A DNA stretch of 64,000 bases from the NCBI GenBank assembly GCA_031426555.1, contig JANPLN010000066.1, positions 1 through 64,000 on the forward strand. Reading direction: 5' to 3'. Positions within the stretch are counted from its first letter, which is position 1. Each line of letters starts with the position of its first letter. Positions 39,451 to 50,086 of this stretch are shown piece after piece. The stretch is from Bdellovibrionales bacterium (GTDB taxonomy: Bacteria > Bdellovibrionota > Bdellovibrionia > Bdellovibrionales > JAGQZY01). Position numbers and translations under genes: made by a program. The notes beneath the pieces are model-generated. The model was not told where the DNA came from, did no database searches, and saw nothing but the letters and a program-made list of their open reading frames with translations.

Positions 39451-40965
39451 TTAGTAGCGGTAGTGCTCAGGCTTAAATGGACCTTTGTTGCCCATACCCA
39501 AATACTTGGACTGTTTGTCGGAAAGTTTTGTTAGCTTCACGCCAATTTTTTCCAAGTGAAGAGCAGCCACTTTTTCGTCCAGCTCTTTTGGTAAGCGGTA
39601 AACGCCCACGTCTTTGTAGAGTTCTGGTTTCATCCATAGATCCATCTGTGCAAGAACTTGATTTGTAAACGAGTTGCTCATCACAAACGATGGGTGACCA
39701 GTTCCGCAACCTAAGTTGACCAAACGGCCCTTAGCTAGAACGATGATCTCACGACCGTCTTTCATTGTGTGGATGTCTACTTGTGGTTTTACTTCGCGCA
39801 TTTTTGAATTGGCGTTCAACCAAGCCATGTCGATTTCGATATCGAAGTGTCCGATGTTACAAACAATGGAACCGCTCTTCATGGAGGCAAAGTGCTTCGG
39901 AGTTACGATATCGCAACAGCCCGTGGCGGTTACAAAAATATCAGCTTGAGAAACTGCGTCGTCCATTGTTGTCACTTCGTAACCTTCCATTGCGGCCTGA
40001 AGGGCGCAAATGGGGTCGATTTCGGTGATCAAAACGCGGGCGCCGTACATCTTCATAGAAGCAGCAGACCCTTTGCCCACATCGCCGTAACCAGCAACAA
40101 CAACCACTTTTCCAGCAAGCATCACATCCGTGGCGCGTTTTACGCTCTCGGCAAGTGATTCGCGGCAGCCGTAAAGGTTATCGAATTTAGATTTTGTGAC
40201 GGAATCGTTAACGTTGATTGCTGGAATTTTTAATTTTCCATCTTTCAACATTTTTTCTAGATTATGAACACCTGTGGTGGTTTCCTCAGAAACCCCTTTT
40301 ACTTTTTTTAGCATTTTTGCGTATTCAGGCTTGTGCATCATGATGGTGAGGTCGCCACCGTCATCAAGAATGAGGTCGAAGCCGTCTTTCCAACCGATGA
40401 TGGACTGCTCAACGCACCACTCGTACTCTTCCTCAGTTTCGCCTTTCCAAGCAAATACAGGAATTCCAGCAGCAGCGATGGCCACAGCGGCGTGATCTTG
40501 TGTCGAGAAGATATTGCAAGACGACCAACGAACTTCAGCACCAAGATGAGTGAGAGTTTCGATGAGCACCGCTGTTTGAATCGTCATATGCAGGCAACCA
40601 GTAATGCGCGCGCCTTTGAGAGGTTGTGATTTGCCGTACTCTTTGCGAAGAGCCATCAGACCTGGCATTTCCTGCTCAGCAATTTTGATTTCCTCGCGAC
40701 CCCATTTTGCAAGGTCAGCAAAAACTTTAGGATTTTCCATGGCCTCTTTGCAAACGCGATAATCAACAGCCGCCGCTTTCGTAGTTTTCACAGCCTTGGT
40801 CGACATTTTGTCAGCAGCCTTTTTATCGGTCTTAGCTGCAGTCTTGCCTGTGCTCTTCGCATTGGCTTTTGCAGTATTCTTTGCAGAAATTTTAGCAATA
40901 TTCTTAGTATTATTTTTTGTCGAATTCTTCGTCGTGTTTTTCATAATCGCTCCCGTTAAACTCAT
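39451..40965 (-). CDS. ahcY: Adenosylhomocysteinase with Lys-rich N-terminal extension
   Basis: [52 protein letters not shown]. Confidence 0.97.
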   Translation of the reverse strand: MSLTGAIMKNTTKNSTKNNTKNIAKISAKNTAKANAKSTGKTAAKTDKKAADKMSTKAVKTTKAAAVDYRVCKEAMENPKVFADLAKWGREEIKIAEQEMPGLMALRKEYGKSQPLKGARITGCLHMTIQTAVLIETLTHLGAEVRWSSCNIFSTQDHAAVAIAAAGIPVFAWKGETEEEYEWCVEQSIIGWKDGFDLILDDGGDLTIMMHKPEYAKMLKKVKGVSEETTTGVHNLEKMLKDGKLKIPAINVNDSVTKSKFDNLYGCRESLAESVKRATDVMLAGKVVVVAGYGDVGKGSAASMKMYGARVLITEIDPICALQAAMEGYEVTTMDDAVSQADIFVTATGCCDIVTPKHFASMKSGSIVCNIGHFDIEIDMAWLNANSKMREVKPQVDIHTMKDGREIIVLAKGRLVNLGCGTGHPSFVMSNSFTNQVLAQMDLWMKPELYKDVGVYRLPKELDEKVAALHLEKIGVKLTKLSDKQSKYLGMGNKGPFKPEHYRY

Positions 40966-41070
40966 CTGGTCTCCTTGAGAAATAGTGTGTGCGTTGTTAA
41001 GGTTTTACCATGTTGCCCTTAAAAGGCAACACCCACCAAGACCCCAAACCAAAGACTGTCCGAGCGGAAA

Positions 41071-41826
41071 TTATGGAAGCGTCAGTATTTGATAACCGGT
41101 GTCGGTGATCAGGACTGTGTGTTCAAACTGCGCAGAAAGGGTTTTATCACCCGTTTCGTAGTACTTGATGGTGGAGTTGGGAATGGACACTTCTTTGATT
41201 GGCGCCCCTGTTTCGTTGATCATGGGCTCCACTGTGATCGTTCCCCAAGGTACGAGCTTGTCGCCTCGACCTTTTTTGCCGAACGACGGAATAAAGGGCT
41301 CTTCGTGGAACTCCCTACCAATCCCGTGCCCACCGATCTCTTTAACGGTGTGGTAGCCTTTGCGGGTTACAAATTTATTGATCTCGTAGCCAATATCGCC
41401 ACTGGTGCCAAAAGGTTTGATGGCTTCGATCCCCTTCATGCGGGCTTCGTCGGCCACCTGTACAATCTCTCGGGCCTTGGCGCTCACGTCGCCCACAAAA
41501 TAAGTGGCTGAGGTGTCGCCGTGAAAGCCGTACTTGAAGGTGGTCACATCGATATTGATGGTATCGCCCTCTTTGAGCACAGTGTCGTCGGGCACTCCAT
41601 GACAAATGCAGTAGTTGATCGAAGTGCAGATGGATTTTGGATAGCCGTGATAGTTGAGCGGCGCCGGGCGAGCCTCGTGAGAAAGTGTGTAATCGTGAAC
41701 AATCTGGTCCAGCTCGTTGGTGGTAATACCTGGACGAACAAATTTTGAGGCATAAACAAGAGTTTGGGCCGCCAGTTGGCAGACTTTTTCCATATGTCGA
41801 ATGTCGTTGGCCGTTTTTACCGTCAT
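41071..41826 (-). CDS. map: Type I methionine aminopeptidase
   Basis: CTSIN..CHGVP, IDVT, HGDTS, GHGIG, EPMIN, SAQFEHT. Confidence 0.96.
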   Translation of the reverse strand: MTVKTANDIRHMEKVCQLAAQTLVYASKFVRPGITTNELDQIVHDYTLSHEARPAPLNYHGYPKSICTSINYCICHGVPDDTVLKEGDTINIDVTTFKYGFHGDTSATYFVGDVSAKAREIVQVADEARMKGIEAIKPFGTSGDIGYEINKFVTRKGYHTVKEIGGHGIGREFHEEPFIPSFGKKGRGDKLVPWGTITVEPMINETGAPIKEVSIPNSTIKYYETGDKTLSAQFEHTVLITDTGYQILTLP

Positions 41827-41847
41827 GGCTAAGGTATAAACAGATTT

Positions 41848-41876
41848 AAAAAAAAAGGGAAGCCAAAAGACTTCCC
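41848..41876 (-). terminator. Intrinsic terminator after SWIB gene
   Basis: Minus strand GGGAAGTC-TTTT-GGCTTCCC followed by T9. Confidence 0.8.
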
Positions 41877-41905
41877 CTCTTTACACTCAATACTTGAACA
41901 GCAAC

Positions 41906-42259
41906 TTATTTAAGGTGCTTGCTTACGTATTTTGTCATTTCGAACATAGAAACAGTGGCTTTTCCAGCGAAAACCTTTTTGAGGTTTGCATCGGCGTTGA
42001 TGTTTCTGCGGTTTTTCTTATCTTGAAGATCGTTCTTCTTGATGTAAGCCCAAATCTTTTTAACAACTTCTGTACGTGGAATTGGCTTTGAACCAACAAC
42101 TACAGCAAGATCTTCACTTGGTGTAAGTGGCTTCATGAACGCCGCATTGGGCTTTCTTTTTGTTTTTGCTTTAGTAGCAGTTTTTTTCGTAGCCGTTTTC
42201 TTTGTAGCAGTTTTTTTAGCTGCTGTAGCTTTCTTAGCTACTTTTTTCTTCTTAGCCAT
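41906..42259 (-). CDS. SWIB/MDM2 domain protein with histone H1-like Lys/Ala/Thr tail
   Basis: PRTEVVKKIWAYIKKNDLQD, INAD, VSMFEM; KKTAT repeats; AGGAGG RBS. Confidence 0.92.
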   Translation of the reverse strand: MAKKKKVAKKATAAKKTATKKTATKKTATKAKTKRKPNAAFMKPLTPSEDLAVVVGSKPIPRTEVVKKIWAYIKKNDLQDKKNRRNINADANLKKVFAGKATVSMFEMTKYVSKHLK

Positions 42260-42487
42260 TGTTCCTCCTTAAGTGAACTTCGTATTTGTTCGCACCCTCG
42301 ATGGTTGCGATAATTAAGAGGTTTTCCCTCTACACTCACTACGTTGTTCTAAGTGGGCAGAGTGAGTCAACAAAAAAAATGCGGGTTTTGAGACGGAGAA
42401 CGAAGAAAAATGCATTTTTTCTGCAAAATCCCCTCGGAAAAGGGGGGATTTGCCTCTGAAAAAAGCGGCGAACCCAGGCCCTGTGTT

Positions 42488-44167
42488 CTACTTTTGAAAT
42501 TTGCGGTACTTCAAACGTGTCGGAGTGAGGGTCTCAATTCCCATTCGCTGTTTGTAATCCGTCTCCCAATCGGTGTAATTCCCAGTGTGGAAACTCACTT
42601 TGCTATCGCCCTCAAAAGCCATGATGTGAGTGCAAATGCGATCGAGAAACCAGCGATCATGGGAAATAGTTATGACACACCCGCCAAAATCCAACAGCGC
42701 TTCTTCGAGGGCGCGCATGGTATTGACGTCCAAATCATTGGTTGGTTCATCCAGCAAAAGCACATTGTGCCCTGCTAAAAGCAGCTTCGCCATGTTCACG
42801 CGGTTGCGCTCTCCACCGGAAAGCACGCCCACTTTTTTCTGCTGGTCTGAACCACTGAAGTTAAAACGCGACACATAAGCACGGGAGTTCATCTCGCGAT
42901 TGCCGACCTTTAATAGATCTTGTCCACCCGAAATCTCTTCCCAAATAGACTTGTTGGCATTCAAGGTTTGTCTATCTTGGTCCACGTATCCAAGTTTTAC
43001 TGTGGAGCCGATAAGCATCTCGCCGCTGTCTGGTTTGTCGAGACCAGCCATCATTTTAAACAACGTCGACTTACCTGCCCCGTTGGGCCCAATGATTCCA
43101 ACGATGCCGCCGCGAGGGATGGAAAACGTAAAGTCATCAATCAATACGCGCTCGCCAAAACCCTTAGTGATATTTTTTCCCTCGATGACCTGATCGCCCA
43201 AGCGAGGTCCCGGCGGAATGTAAATCTGCATTTCCTGCACTTTTTCTGGGCTCGGCTCCTTCACCAAGTTTTCGTAGGCCGACACACGGGCTTTTGATTT
43301 TGCTTGTCGTGCCTTGGGAGATAGACGAATCCACTCAAGCTCGCGCTCCATGGTTTTCGTTTTTTTGTTTTGCTCGCTCTGTTCTTGCGCCTGACGTTTG
43401 TCTTTTTGTTCCAACCACGAAGAGTAATTTCCCTTCCACGGAATTCCTTCACCTCTGTCGAGTTCCAAAATCCAACCCGCCACGTTGTCTAAAAAGTAGC
43501 GATCATGGGTCACGGCGATAACGGTGCCTGGGAACTGATGCAAAAAGTGCTCAAGCCACGCGACAGTTTCGGCATCCATATGGTTTGTTGGCTCATCAAG
43601 CAAAAGAATATCTGGATTGGATAAAAGCAAACGGCACATGGCCACCCGGCGTTTTTCTCCTCCAGAAAGAGTTTTAACCAATGCATCTTCGGGAGGACAG
43701 CGGAGAGCTTCCATGGCCTGTTCAAGTTTTGTATCAACACTCCAACCATCGAGAGCTTCAATTTTTTCCTGAAGCACACCCTGTTTTTCGATGAGCTTCT
43801 CCATTTTATCAGGATCGAGGTTTTCGTCGGAAAACATGGCGCTGATCTCATTGTACTCTTTCAAATACTTGGCAACATCTCCCATGCCCTCAAGAACAAT
43901 CTCTTTCACTGTTCTTTCGGGATCGAGCTGTGGCTCCTGTTCTAAAAATCCAACACGATAGTTTTTTGCAGGAAAGGCTTCGCCTAAAAATTCCTCATCG
44001 ATTCCTGCCATAATTTTTAGCAAGCTTGATTTACCACTGCCGTTCAGACCGAGAACACCAATTTTGGCACCATAAAAGTAAGAAAGGTAAATGTCTTTTA
44101 AGACGTATTTGTTCGGCGGATAAACTTTGCCGACACCTTTCATCGTATAAATAATTTCTTCAGCCAT
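42488..44167 (-). CDS. ettA: Energy-dependent translational throttle ABC-F protein
   Basis: LSYFYGAKIGVLGLNGSGKS, two ABC domains, IPPGPRLG. Confidence 0.95.
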   Translation of the reverse strand: MAEEIIYTMKGVGKVYPPNKYVLKDIYLSYFYGAKIGVLGLNGSGKSSLLKIMAGIDEEFLGEAFPAKNYRVGFLEQEPQLDPERTVKEIVLEGMGDVAKYLKEYNEISAMFSDENLDPDKMEKLIEKQGVLQEKIEALDGWSVDTKLEQAMEALRCPPEDALVKTLSGGEKRRVAMCRLLLSNPDILLLDEPTNHMDAETVAWLEHFLHQFPGTVIAVTHDRYFLDNVAGWILELDRGEGIPWKGNYSSWLEQKDKRQAQEQSEQNKKTKTMERELEWIRLSPKARQAKSKARVSAYENLVKEPSPEKVQEMQIYIPPGPRLGDQVIEGKNITKGFGERVLIDDFTFSIPRGGIVGIIGPNGAGKSTLFKMMAGLDKPDSGEMLIGSTVKLGYVDQDRQTLNANKSIWEEISGGQDLLKVGNREMNSRAYVSRFNFSGSDQQKKVGVLSGGERNRVNMAKLLLAGHNVLLLDEPTNDLDVNTMRALEEALLDFGGCVITISHDRWFLDRICTHIMAFEGDSKVSFHTGNYTDWETDYKQRMGIETLTPTRLKYRKFQK

Positions 44168-44238
44168 AAAACCTCCAGAATAGTTTTGGCAAATTTAGAT
44201 TGCCTTTCCGCGCAAGCCACCATAGGATTTTTCTTCCG

Positions 44239-44445
44239 ATGGATGATTCTTCAAAAAAAGACAAAAATTCTAATCTTCATCTTTACGATGCTCTGAAGAA
44301 TATCAATGACGCTCTTGAGGAATGGGACAAAATTACCAACAAGCCCCTCGCAGAGCAAGAGCTTTCCACTCTTACGCCTGAAAAACCAAATCAGGAGCTG
44401 CTCGCAAAATTGCGCGATCAATTGAATGAGTTATCAGATAAATAA
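44239..44445 (+). CDS. Small hypothetical protein
   Basis: 68-aa helical acidic ORF filling gap between ettA and bolA. Confidence 0.5.
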   Translation: MDDSSKKDKNSNLHLYDALKNINDALEEWDKITNKPLAEQELSTLTPEKPNQELLAKLRDQLNELSDK

Positions 44446-44471
44446 TCAGACGGATAATTTAGACGATTAAT

Positions 44472-44789
44472 TTAACGGCCGCTCTTTCGTGAGTGGCAGT
44501 TTGGAGACTGAAAGCCTTCACCGCCCCCCTGCTCCCACTCGTCGTGAGTGAGCAGTCGCAAAGACAGCGCATGCACTACATGCTTCAGCTCCTGCGCCAG
44601 CAACGCGTAGACTTTTTGCTGCCGACGAACCCGACTCAGCCCCTGAAAAGCTTCAGAGACCACGAGAACTTTAAAGTGCGACTCCGCGCCGAGACCCGAA
44701 GAGTGAAGATGGCTTTCGTTCATCACATCGAGCTGTGTCGGTTTTAAATCGGATCGCAGCTTGAGTTCTATGGAGTCTTGCAGTTTCAT
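44472..44789 (-). CDS. bolA: BolA family protein
   Basis: NESHLH, ESHFKVLVVS..F, HALSL, SPNC; ATG overlaps upstream stop. Confidence 0.9.
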   Translation of the reverse strand: MKLQDSIELKLRSDLKPTQLDVMNESHLHSSGLGAESHFKVLVVSEAFQGLSRVRRQQKVYALLAQELKHVVHALSLRLLTHDEWEQGGGEGFQSPNCHSRKSGR

Positions 44790-45625
44790 AGCCAGTCTTT
44801 TATCACTTTTTCGATAACGTGCATAGCGTAGAGTTCGTAGCCTTCTTTGAGAATAATGAAAAATAAAACTCCACACAACACCACAACTTTTGTGGACTGG
44901 GAGAGGCGCTTTTGCAAGGGACGCATCCAAAGAGCCGTAATGGTGGCCACAAAAAACAAACTCAGCGCCAATGGCATGTCGATTAATTTCTCGCCGAGAG
45001 ACCCATCCAGAGCCGATTCGCTTTTTAAATCCAACAAAAAATAACTCAAAGACCCCGAGAAGGTGGTTAACATTGTGCTGAGGTTTGTGGTCGGCACAAG
45101 CTCCTTCGCGCGAACCATTTTTAGATTGAACATGATGGGCGATAAAATCACACCGGCACCAATGCCCGTAAAGGCCGAAACAAATCCCGCGATAATGGCA
45201 AACAGCAGTGCAAAAGAACCTTTGGCCTTGGTGATCGTGAGAGCCTCTTCAGCGAGAGAGGGCAAATTCCTGCGGAAAAATGTAACGATCAGCAGAACAA
45301 AAAGTATAAAAAGAAAAAACAAGCGCAAGGTTACGTCGCCCACGGCAGCTGCCCACGGCCCCGACATAAAGGCCATAATTCCCGAAGGGACACCGAGCAG
45401 CAGTCCTGTGCGCCAGTTGACCAAATTATCTCGCGCAAAGCCCACAGTGTTTAATAGCGTCACAAGAAAGACGGCGGCCAAGCTTGTGGCTATGGCTTGG
45501 TGATGGGTCATCACGATGAGACTTGGCAAAATCGGCACGATAAAAATGCCGCCACCAATACCAAATAACGACGACACCACACCGACAATGATTCCTAGGA
45601 ATACACTGACCAGAACAAAGGTCAT
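44786..45625 (-). CDS. Sulfite exporter TauE/SafE (TSUP) family protein
   Basis: GIGGGIFIVP, AIATSL, GIGAGVI; multiple TM helices. Confidence 0.87.
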   Translation of the reverse strand: MTFVLVSVFLGIIVGVVSSLFGIGGGIFIVPILPSLIVMTHHQAIATSLAAVFLVTLLNTVGFARDNLVNWRTGLLLGVPSGIMAFMSGPWAAAVGDVTLRLFFLFILFVLLIVTFFRRNLPSLAEEALTITKAKGSFALLFAIIAGFVSAFTGIGAGVILSPIMFNLKMVRAKELVPTTNLSTMLTTFSGSLSYFLLDLKSESALDGSLGEKLIDMPLALSLFFVATITALWMRPLQKRLSQSTKVVVLCGVLFFIILKEGYELYAMHVIEKVIKDWL

Positions 45626-46065
45626 TTTCTAGCGTGCATTAACTCTTTTGTGCCTTCGGCAAAAAGAACTTCGATTTTGTGTGCATGGGTCTTTGTCACA
45701 TACCCCACACCAAACGACGGATGAGCTATGGACTGGGAATCGCGAAACTCAGTCGCGATGGTATAAGGAATCGCCTGTCCCTTGTGTTGCTCTTGCAGAT
45801 TTAACCACATGGACTTGGCACCGCTTTTTGAAGACATGCGGGGTTTCGCCGGCGCCTTGCGCGTTGTTGAAGCCGCTTTTGCAGGCTTTGCTTCTTTTTC
45901 TAAACTGAACTTTTGCGAAGCTCCACAAACCTCGCACTTAAGCTTGGCAGTGGTATCGCTGGTGTGGGTGATCACTTTAAAATAGCGATCAGCATCACAT
46001 TTTTTGCAAAACACGTTAATATTTGTAGCGACGCGTGGAAGGGTATTTGTAGACATAACCTGCAT
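45622..46065 (-). CDS. Zinc-ribbon protein with C-terminal Tudor-like (UvrD/PcrA C-terminal-like) domain
   Basis: CKKC and CEVC pairs; HPSFGVGYV..KIEVLF. Confidence 0.65.
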   Translation of the reverse strand: MQVMSTNTLPRVATNINVFCKKCDADRYFKVITHTSDTTAKLKCEVCGASQKFSLEKEAKPAKAASTTRKAPAKPRMSSKSGAKSMWLNLQEQHKGQAIPYTIATEFRDSQSIAHPSFGVGYVTKTHAHKIEVLFAEGTKELMHARK

Positions 46066-46079
46066 CTTAGAATGTCTTG

Positions 46080-46943
46080 CTAAATAGGTCTATAGATTTT
46101 TAAAGGTTCGTCCAAATTTTTCGTCCGAACTTCATGGGAATTGAGGTAAAAAGGCCCTTCGTCTTGCTCAAGTCGCAACTGAACAGCTCGAAGACTCCCG
46201 TCCTCTTTGGGGTTTACCACCAGTCCCGTGTCCTTAAAACGCTTCTCGAAATCAGTTCCCGGCGATTTTGTGAAAAAATTTTCCCATTGCTGAGATTCCA
46301 ACTTTACCCGGTACGTGAGGGTGCGTGAGAACGAATGGATGGGCGTGTAGGCTGTTAAAATTTCAAAAGGGCCATAGTAAGAATGTAAGCGAATGGCTGG
46401 ATTGCCCCATTGTGTAAAGCCGCAACAGGTTTTTACATTGGCGTACCACAGGCCGAAAGCTTTGGATAAAAACCCCATGCCATATAAGCTTTCCTCTTTC
46501 GGCACCAAGGAATTCACTGTGCACAGGTTATGGGCCACCCATTCGGCATCTTTGGACATGGTAGGAATAATAATAAACAAGCTGAGGGGCACCCACTCAT
46601 GTTTGCCCACAAACGGCAGATGTTTTTTAAGCGACTCTGGGATTTTGTCGGCCTTGATCGCAAAACCCGCCACAAATCCCGGGGTGATCGCACAGTCATA
46701 AAAGACCCAACGAGGCATGGCCATATTCGAAGGCCCAAACGCACGGGATTCCAGTTCTAAAATTTGGTTCCCAAACTCCACCTCTTTCATGATCAGGGGA
46801 TTGATGTAATGGGGGGTCATGTGGGAAAACCAATCAATCCCCGAGTTGTCGCCGGGGTTGGGAATTTTGTTGTCTGTGCGAACGAACACGTAGGGCCGAA
46901 TGTCGGGGTTCGAAAGCCAAGCTAAACGCGGATCGGATTTCAT
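46080..46943 (-). CDS. Hypothetical protein
   Basis: 287-aa ORF whose start overlaps the LOG gene stop. Confidence 0.75.
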   Translation of the reverse strand: MKSDPRLAWLSNPDIRPYVFVRTDNKIPNPGDNSGIDWFSHMTPHYINPLIMKEVEFGNQILELESRAFGPSNMAMPRWVFYDCAITPGFVAGFAIKADKIPESLKKHLPFVGKHEWVPLSLFIIIPTMSKDAEWVAHNLCTVNSLVPKEESLYGMGFLSKAFGLWYANVKTCCGFTQWGNPAIRLHSYYGPFEILTAYTPIHSFSRTLTYRVKLESQQWENFFTKSPGTDFEKRFKDTGLVVNPKEDGSLRAVQLRLEQDEGPFYLNSHEVRTKNLDEPLKIYRPI

Positions 46944-47467
46944 AAAAACCTCGCCAACTCTTCCAGGGTGTTACAGGTTTTAAAGCAGTCCATCAGGTTG
47001 GATGTTAAAACTTTTTTCGATTGTAAATCGTCAAGCATCGCCAACAAAGAGTTCCAAAAACCATCGGCATTAAAAATAACAATGGGCTTATCAAAACAGT
47101 TTAAAGACTTCCACGTCAGCACTTCAAAAAATTCATCGAGGGTACCCACTCCGCCGGGCAGGATTAAAAAGACATCCGAATTTTCCATCATCAGTTGTTT
47201 GCGTTCGAAAAGATCTTTTGTTTCGACAAGCTCACTCAGCCCGCGATGGGGAATCTCCAAGGGAAATAATCCTCCTGGCAGATACCCAACAACTTTACCG
47301 CCTTTTGCTAACGTCTCGTCGGCCATGAGCCCCATTAGACCCACTTTCGCGCCTCCGTAGACCAAGGAGTGACCTTTTTTTACAAGGAGCATTGCGATGT
47401 CTCGACAGTTTTCTAACGTCGACGCACTAAAATCTGATTTTGAACTGCAAAAGACGCAAACTCTCAT
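46940..47467 (-). CDS. LOG family protein (nucleotide phosphoribohydrolase)
   Basis: [24 protein letters not shown]. Confidence 0.92.
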   Translation of the reverse strand: MRVCVFCSSKSDFSASTLENCRDIAMLLVKKGHSLVYGGAKVGLMGLMADETLAKGGKVVGYLPGGLFPLEIPHRGLSELVETKDLFERKQLMMENSDVFLILPGGVGTLDEFFEVLTWKSLNCFDKPIVIFNADGFWNSLLAMLDDLQSKKVLTSNLMDCFKTCNTLEELARFL

Positions 47468-48855
47468 ACCTTCAACGGACCAATCATCTCTTCGGGGCGC
47501 ACCAGGCGATCAAAGTCCTCGCCGCTCATGTAACCCAGCACAATAGCGGATTCTTTGAGAGTGATATTTTTATCGTAGGCGTTTTTTGCAATTTTTGCGG
47601 CTTTGTCATAGCCAACATGGGGGTTGAGGGCCGTCACGAGCATCAGTGAGTTGTTCATGTGGTTTGCAATTTGCTGATGATTGGCTTCGATACCGTCGAC
47701 ACACTTTTCGGCAAAACTTAAACAAGCATCACCCAGTAAGCGCACAGAATTGAGCACATTAAAAACAATCACTGGTTTAAAAACATTGAGTTCAAAATGC
47801 CCGCTCATCCCACCCACGGTCACGGCCATATCGTTGCCGATCACCTGGGCGCACACCATGGTCATGGCCTCACTCTGCGTGGGGTTCACCTTGCCCGGCA
47901 TGATGGAACTGCCCGGTTCATTCGCGGGCAAAATCAATTCGCCAATTCCGCTGCGCGGGCCACTTCCTAAAAGACGAATGTCGTTGGCAATCTTCATCAA
48001 ACTACAAGCGATGGTTTTTAAAGTTCCACTGGCTTCTACCAAGGCGTCGTGGGCCGCGAGGGCTTCAAATTTATTAACCGCACTCACAAAGGGCAAACCC
48101 GTTTCTTTCGCAATAACGGCAGCGGCCTTCTGTGCAAACTCGGGGTGAGTGTTCAAACCTGTGCCCACAGCCGTACCACCGAGAGCAAGCTCATACACAC
48201 CTTTCAGGGATTTTTCGACGCGTTCGATACTTTTATCAAGCTGAGTGACGTAGCCCGAAAACTCTTGGCCTAAAGTGAGCGGTGTTGCGTCCATCAAATG
48301 CGTGCGTCCAATTTTGACGATTTTCTCAAATTGATTTTGTTTTTTTAAGAGAGAATCACGCAGTCGCTTGAGATTCGGAATCAGATGATTATTGAGGCGC
48401 TCGCCGACGGCGATGTGCATGGCCGTTGGAAACGTATCATTGGAGGATTGACCTTTATTAACGTCGTCATTGGGGTGAACTGAATGCTCTTTCACCGAAC
48501 CAGTGAGAAGTTCGCTGGCACGATTGGCGATCACTTCGTTAGCATTCATATTGGTTTGTGTCCCACTCCCCGTTTGCCAAACCACCAAAGGAAAGTGTTC
48601 GTCGAGCTTACCTTCCATGACTTCGTTGGCCGCAGCAATGATAAATTTGCCCTTGGTTTCAGGTAAAAGACCCAACTTCCAATTTGTAAAAGCCGCCGAT
48701 TTTTTAAGGATACCTAAGGCGCGGATCATTTCACGGGGAAACCGATCGCCACCGATCTTAAAATTTTCCAGCGAACGCTGTGTTTGCGCTCCCCAGTATT
48801 TGTCGGCTGGAACTTTGATATCGCCTAATGAATCTTTTTCGATACGAAAAGACAT
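47464..48855 (-). CDS. fumC: Class II fumarate hydratase
   Basis: [45 protein letters not shown]. Confidence 0.97.
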   Translation of the reverse strand: MSFRIEKDSLGDIKVPADKYWGAQTQRSLENFKIGGDRFPREMIRALGILKKSAAFTNWKLGLLPETKGKFIIAAANEVMEGKLDEHFPLVVWQTGSGTQTNMNANEVIANRASELLTGSVKEHSVHPNDDVNKGQSSNDTFPTAMHIAVGERLNNHLIPNLKRLRDSLLKKQNQFEKIVKIGRTHLMDATPLTLGQEFSGYVTQLDKSIERVEKSLKGVYELALGGTAVGTGLNTHPEFAQKAAAVIAKETGLPFVSAVNKFEALAAHDALVEASGTLKTIACSLMKIANDIRLLGSGPRSGIGELILPANEPGSSIMPGKVNPTQSEAMTMVCAQVIGNDMAVTVGGMSGHFELNVFKPVIVFNVLNSVRLLGDACLSFAEKCVDGIEANHQQIANHMNNSLMLVTALNPHVGYDKAAKIAKNAYDKNITLKESAIVLGYMSGEDFDRLVRPEEMIGPLKV

Positions 48856-48979
48856 ATGCCTCCTCAAGTGGAAGCTTTATTTATAAATTGAGTCGTGGAG
48901 AATGTAAACGAGCACTTCAAAGAATGAGGCATTTTGCGAGCGCCCAGAGAGGGCGCCGCGCAATCTTTAACAAATGTGC

Positions 48980-49507
48980 TTAGAAATTAAACCAAAGATT
49001 GATTGCAGGCACTAGATCGGTCTGCGTGATTTCAACGGAAACAGCTCCGGGATCTTGTTTATCAAATGTGATCGAGCGGTAGGTGATCTGCGGCCCCAAG
49101 TGAAACGAAGATGTGAGCGGGAAGGCCCAGCCAATATCTACTTGTGGACCCATGCCATCAGTGAGAGTGCTCACTGAGCTCGTTTTCAATTCGGCCATCA
49201 AAAAATAAGTAAATAGCGCATAGAATCCAGCATAGTGCTTGAAGCCCACTGTAGGTCCCACAGCGAATCCCTTTTGGTTGTAGGAACCGTCGTCGTAGCT
49301 CGACATCGAGTACATACCGCCCAAATAGAGACCCGATGGAGCAAGGTAGCCCAAGCGGAAATCATAAAAACTTTTTGTGTATTCGCGGGTTGTTGTTCCA
49401 GCGTTTTCTGTTTCCTCTGACATGTAGGAAAAGCTCGGTGAAAATACGATATTCGCCGATGCCATTGATGTTACACATACAACCAAAATCCCTAGTAAAA
49501 TACGCAT
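48980..49507 (-). CDS. Small outer-membrane beta-barrel protein
   Basis: Signal peptide, alternating aromatic/hydrophobic strands, C-terminal Phe; AAGGAGG RBS. Confidence 0.75.
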   Translation of the reverse strand: MRILLGILVVCVTSMASANIVFSPSFSYMSEETENAGTTTREYTKSFYDFRLGYLAPSGLYLGGMYSMSSYDDGSYNQKGFAVGPTVGFKHYAGFYALFTYFLMAELKTSSVSTLTDGMGPQVDIGWAFPLTSSFHLGPQITYRSITFDKQDPGAVSVEITQTDLVPAINLWFNF

Positions 49508-49531
49508 AGTACCTCCTTTTAAGTTTAGTTC

Positions 49532-49559
49532 TTATCGCACTTGGTTTTCATTCTCTTGA
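49532..49559 (-). promoter_or_regulatory. Sigma-28-like promoter TCAAG-N15-TGCGATAA upstream of the beta-barrel gene
   Basis: Partial match to FliA consensus at proper spacing. Confidence 0.4.
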
Positions 49560-49630
49560 GGCCGCTAGCCAGAGTCAACTGCTCTCATAAATGACTTGGT
49601 ACCCCCAAAAAAGAGTGATAAAAGCCACAC

Positions 49631-50086
49631 ATGCAATACTGGTTGATGAAATCTGAGCCCGACGTGTTTTCAATCGATGATTTAAAGCAGAAAAAAACCA
49701 CATTGTGGGATGGCGTGCGCAACTACCAAGCTCGTAACTTTATGACTCAAGCCATGCAGCTTGGTGACATGGTCCTTTTTTACCACTCCAATGCCGAACC
49801 ACCAGGAATTGTAGGCGTGGCCAAAATCTCTCGCTTAGCCCAGCCCGATCCGTCGCAATTTGATAAAAAAAGCGAGTACTACGACCCAAAAGCCAATCTA
49901 AAAGCACCTCGCTGGTATGGTGTGACGGTGGAGTTTGTCCAAAAGTTTAGTAAAATTATTTCCCTCGAGGAGCTGCGCAATCACAAATCCTTGCAAAGCA
50001 TGCTAGTGATTAAAAAAGGACAACGGCTCTCCATTCAACCTGTGACCAAAGCGGAGTTTGATGTCATTCACAAATTGGCCCATTGA
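49631..50086 (+). CDS. EVE domain protein
   Basis: YWLMKSEP, WDGVRNYQARN, FYHSN, RLSIQPV. Confidence 0.93.
   Translation: MQYWLMKSEPDVFSIDDLKQKKTTLWDGVRNYQARNFMTQAMQLGDMVLFYHSNAEPPGIVGVAKISRLAQPDPSQFDKKSEYYDPKANLKAPRWYGVTVEFVQKFSKIISLEELRNHKSLQSMLVIKKGQRLSIQPVTKAEFDVIHKLAH

Noticed and set aside
49631..50086. EVE protein as part of a modification-dependent restriction system
   Set aside because: No nuclease fusion or neighbour; context is housekeeping (dus, grxC).
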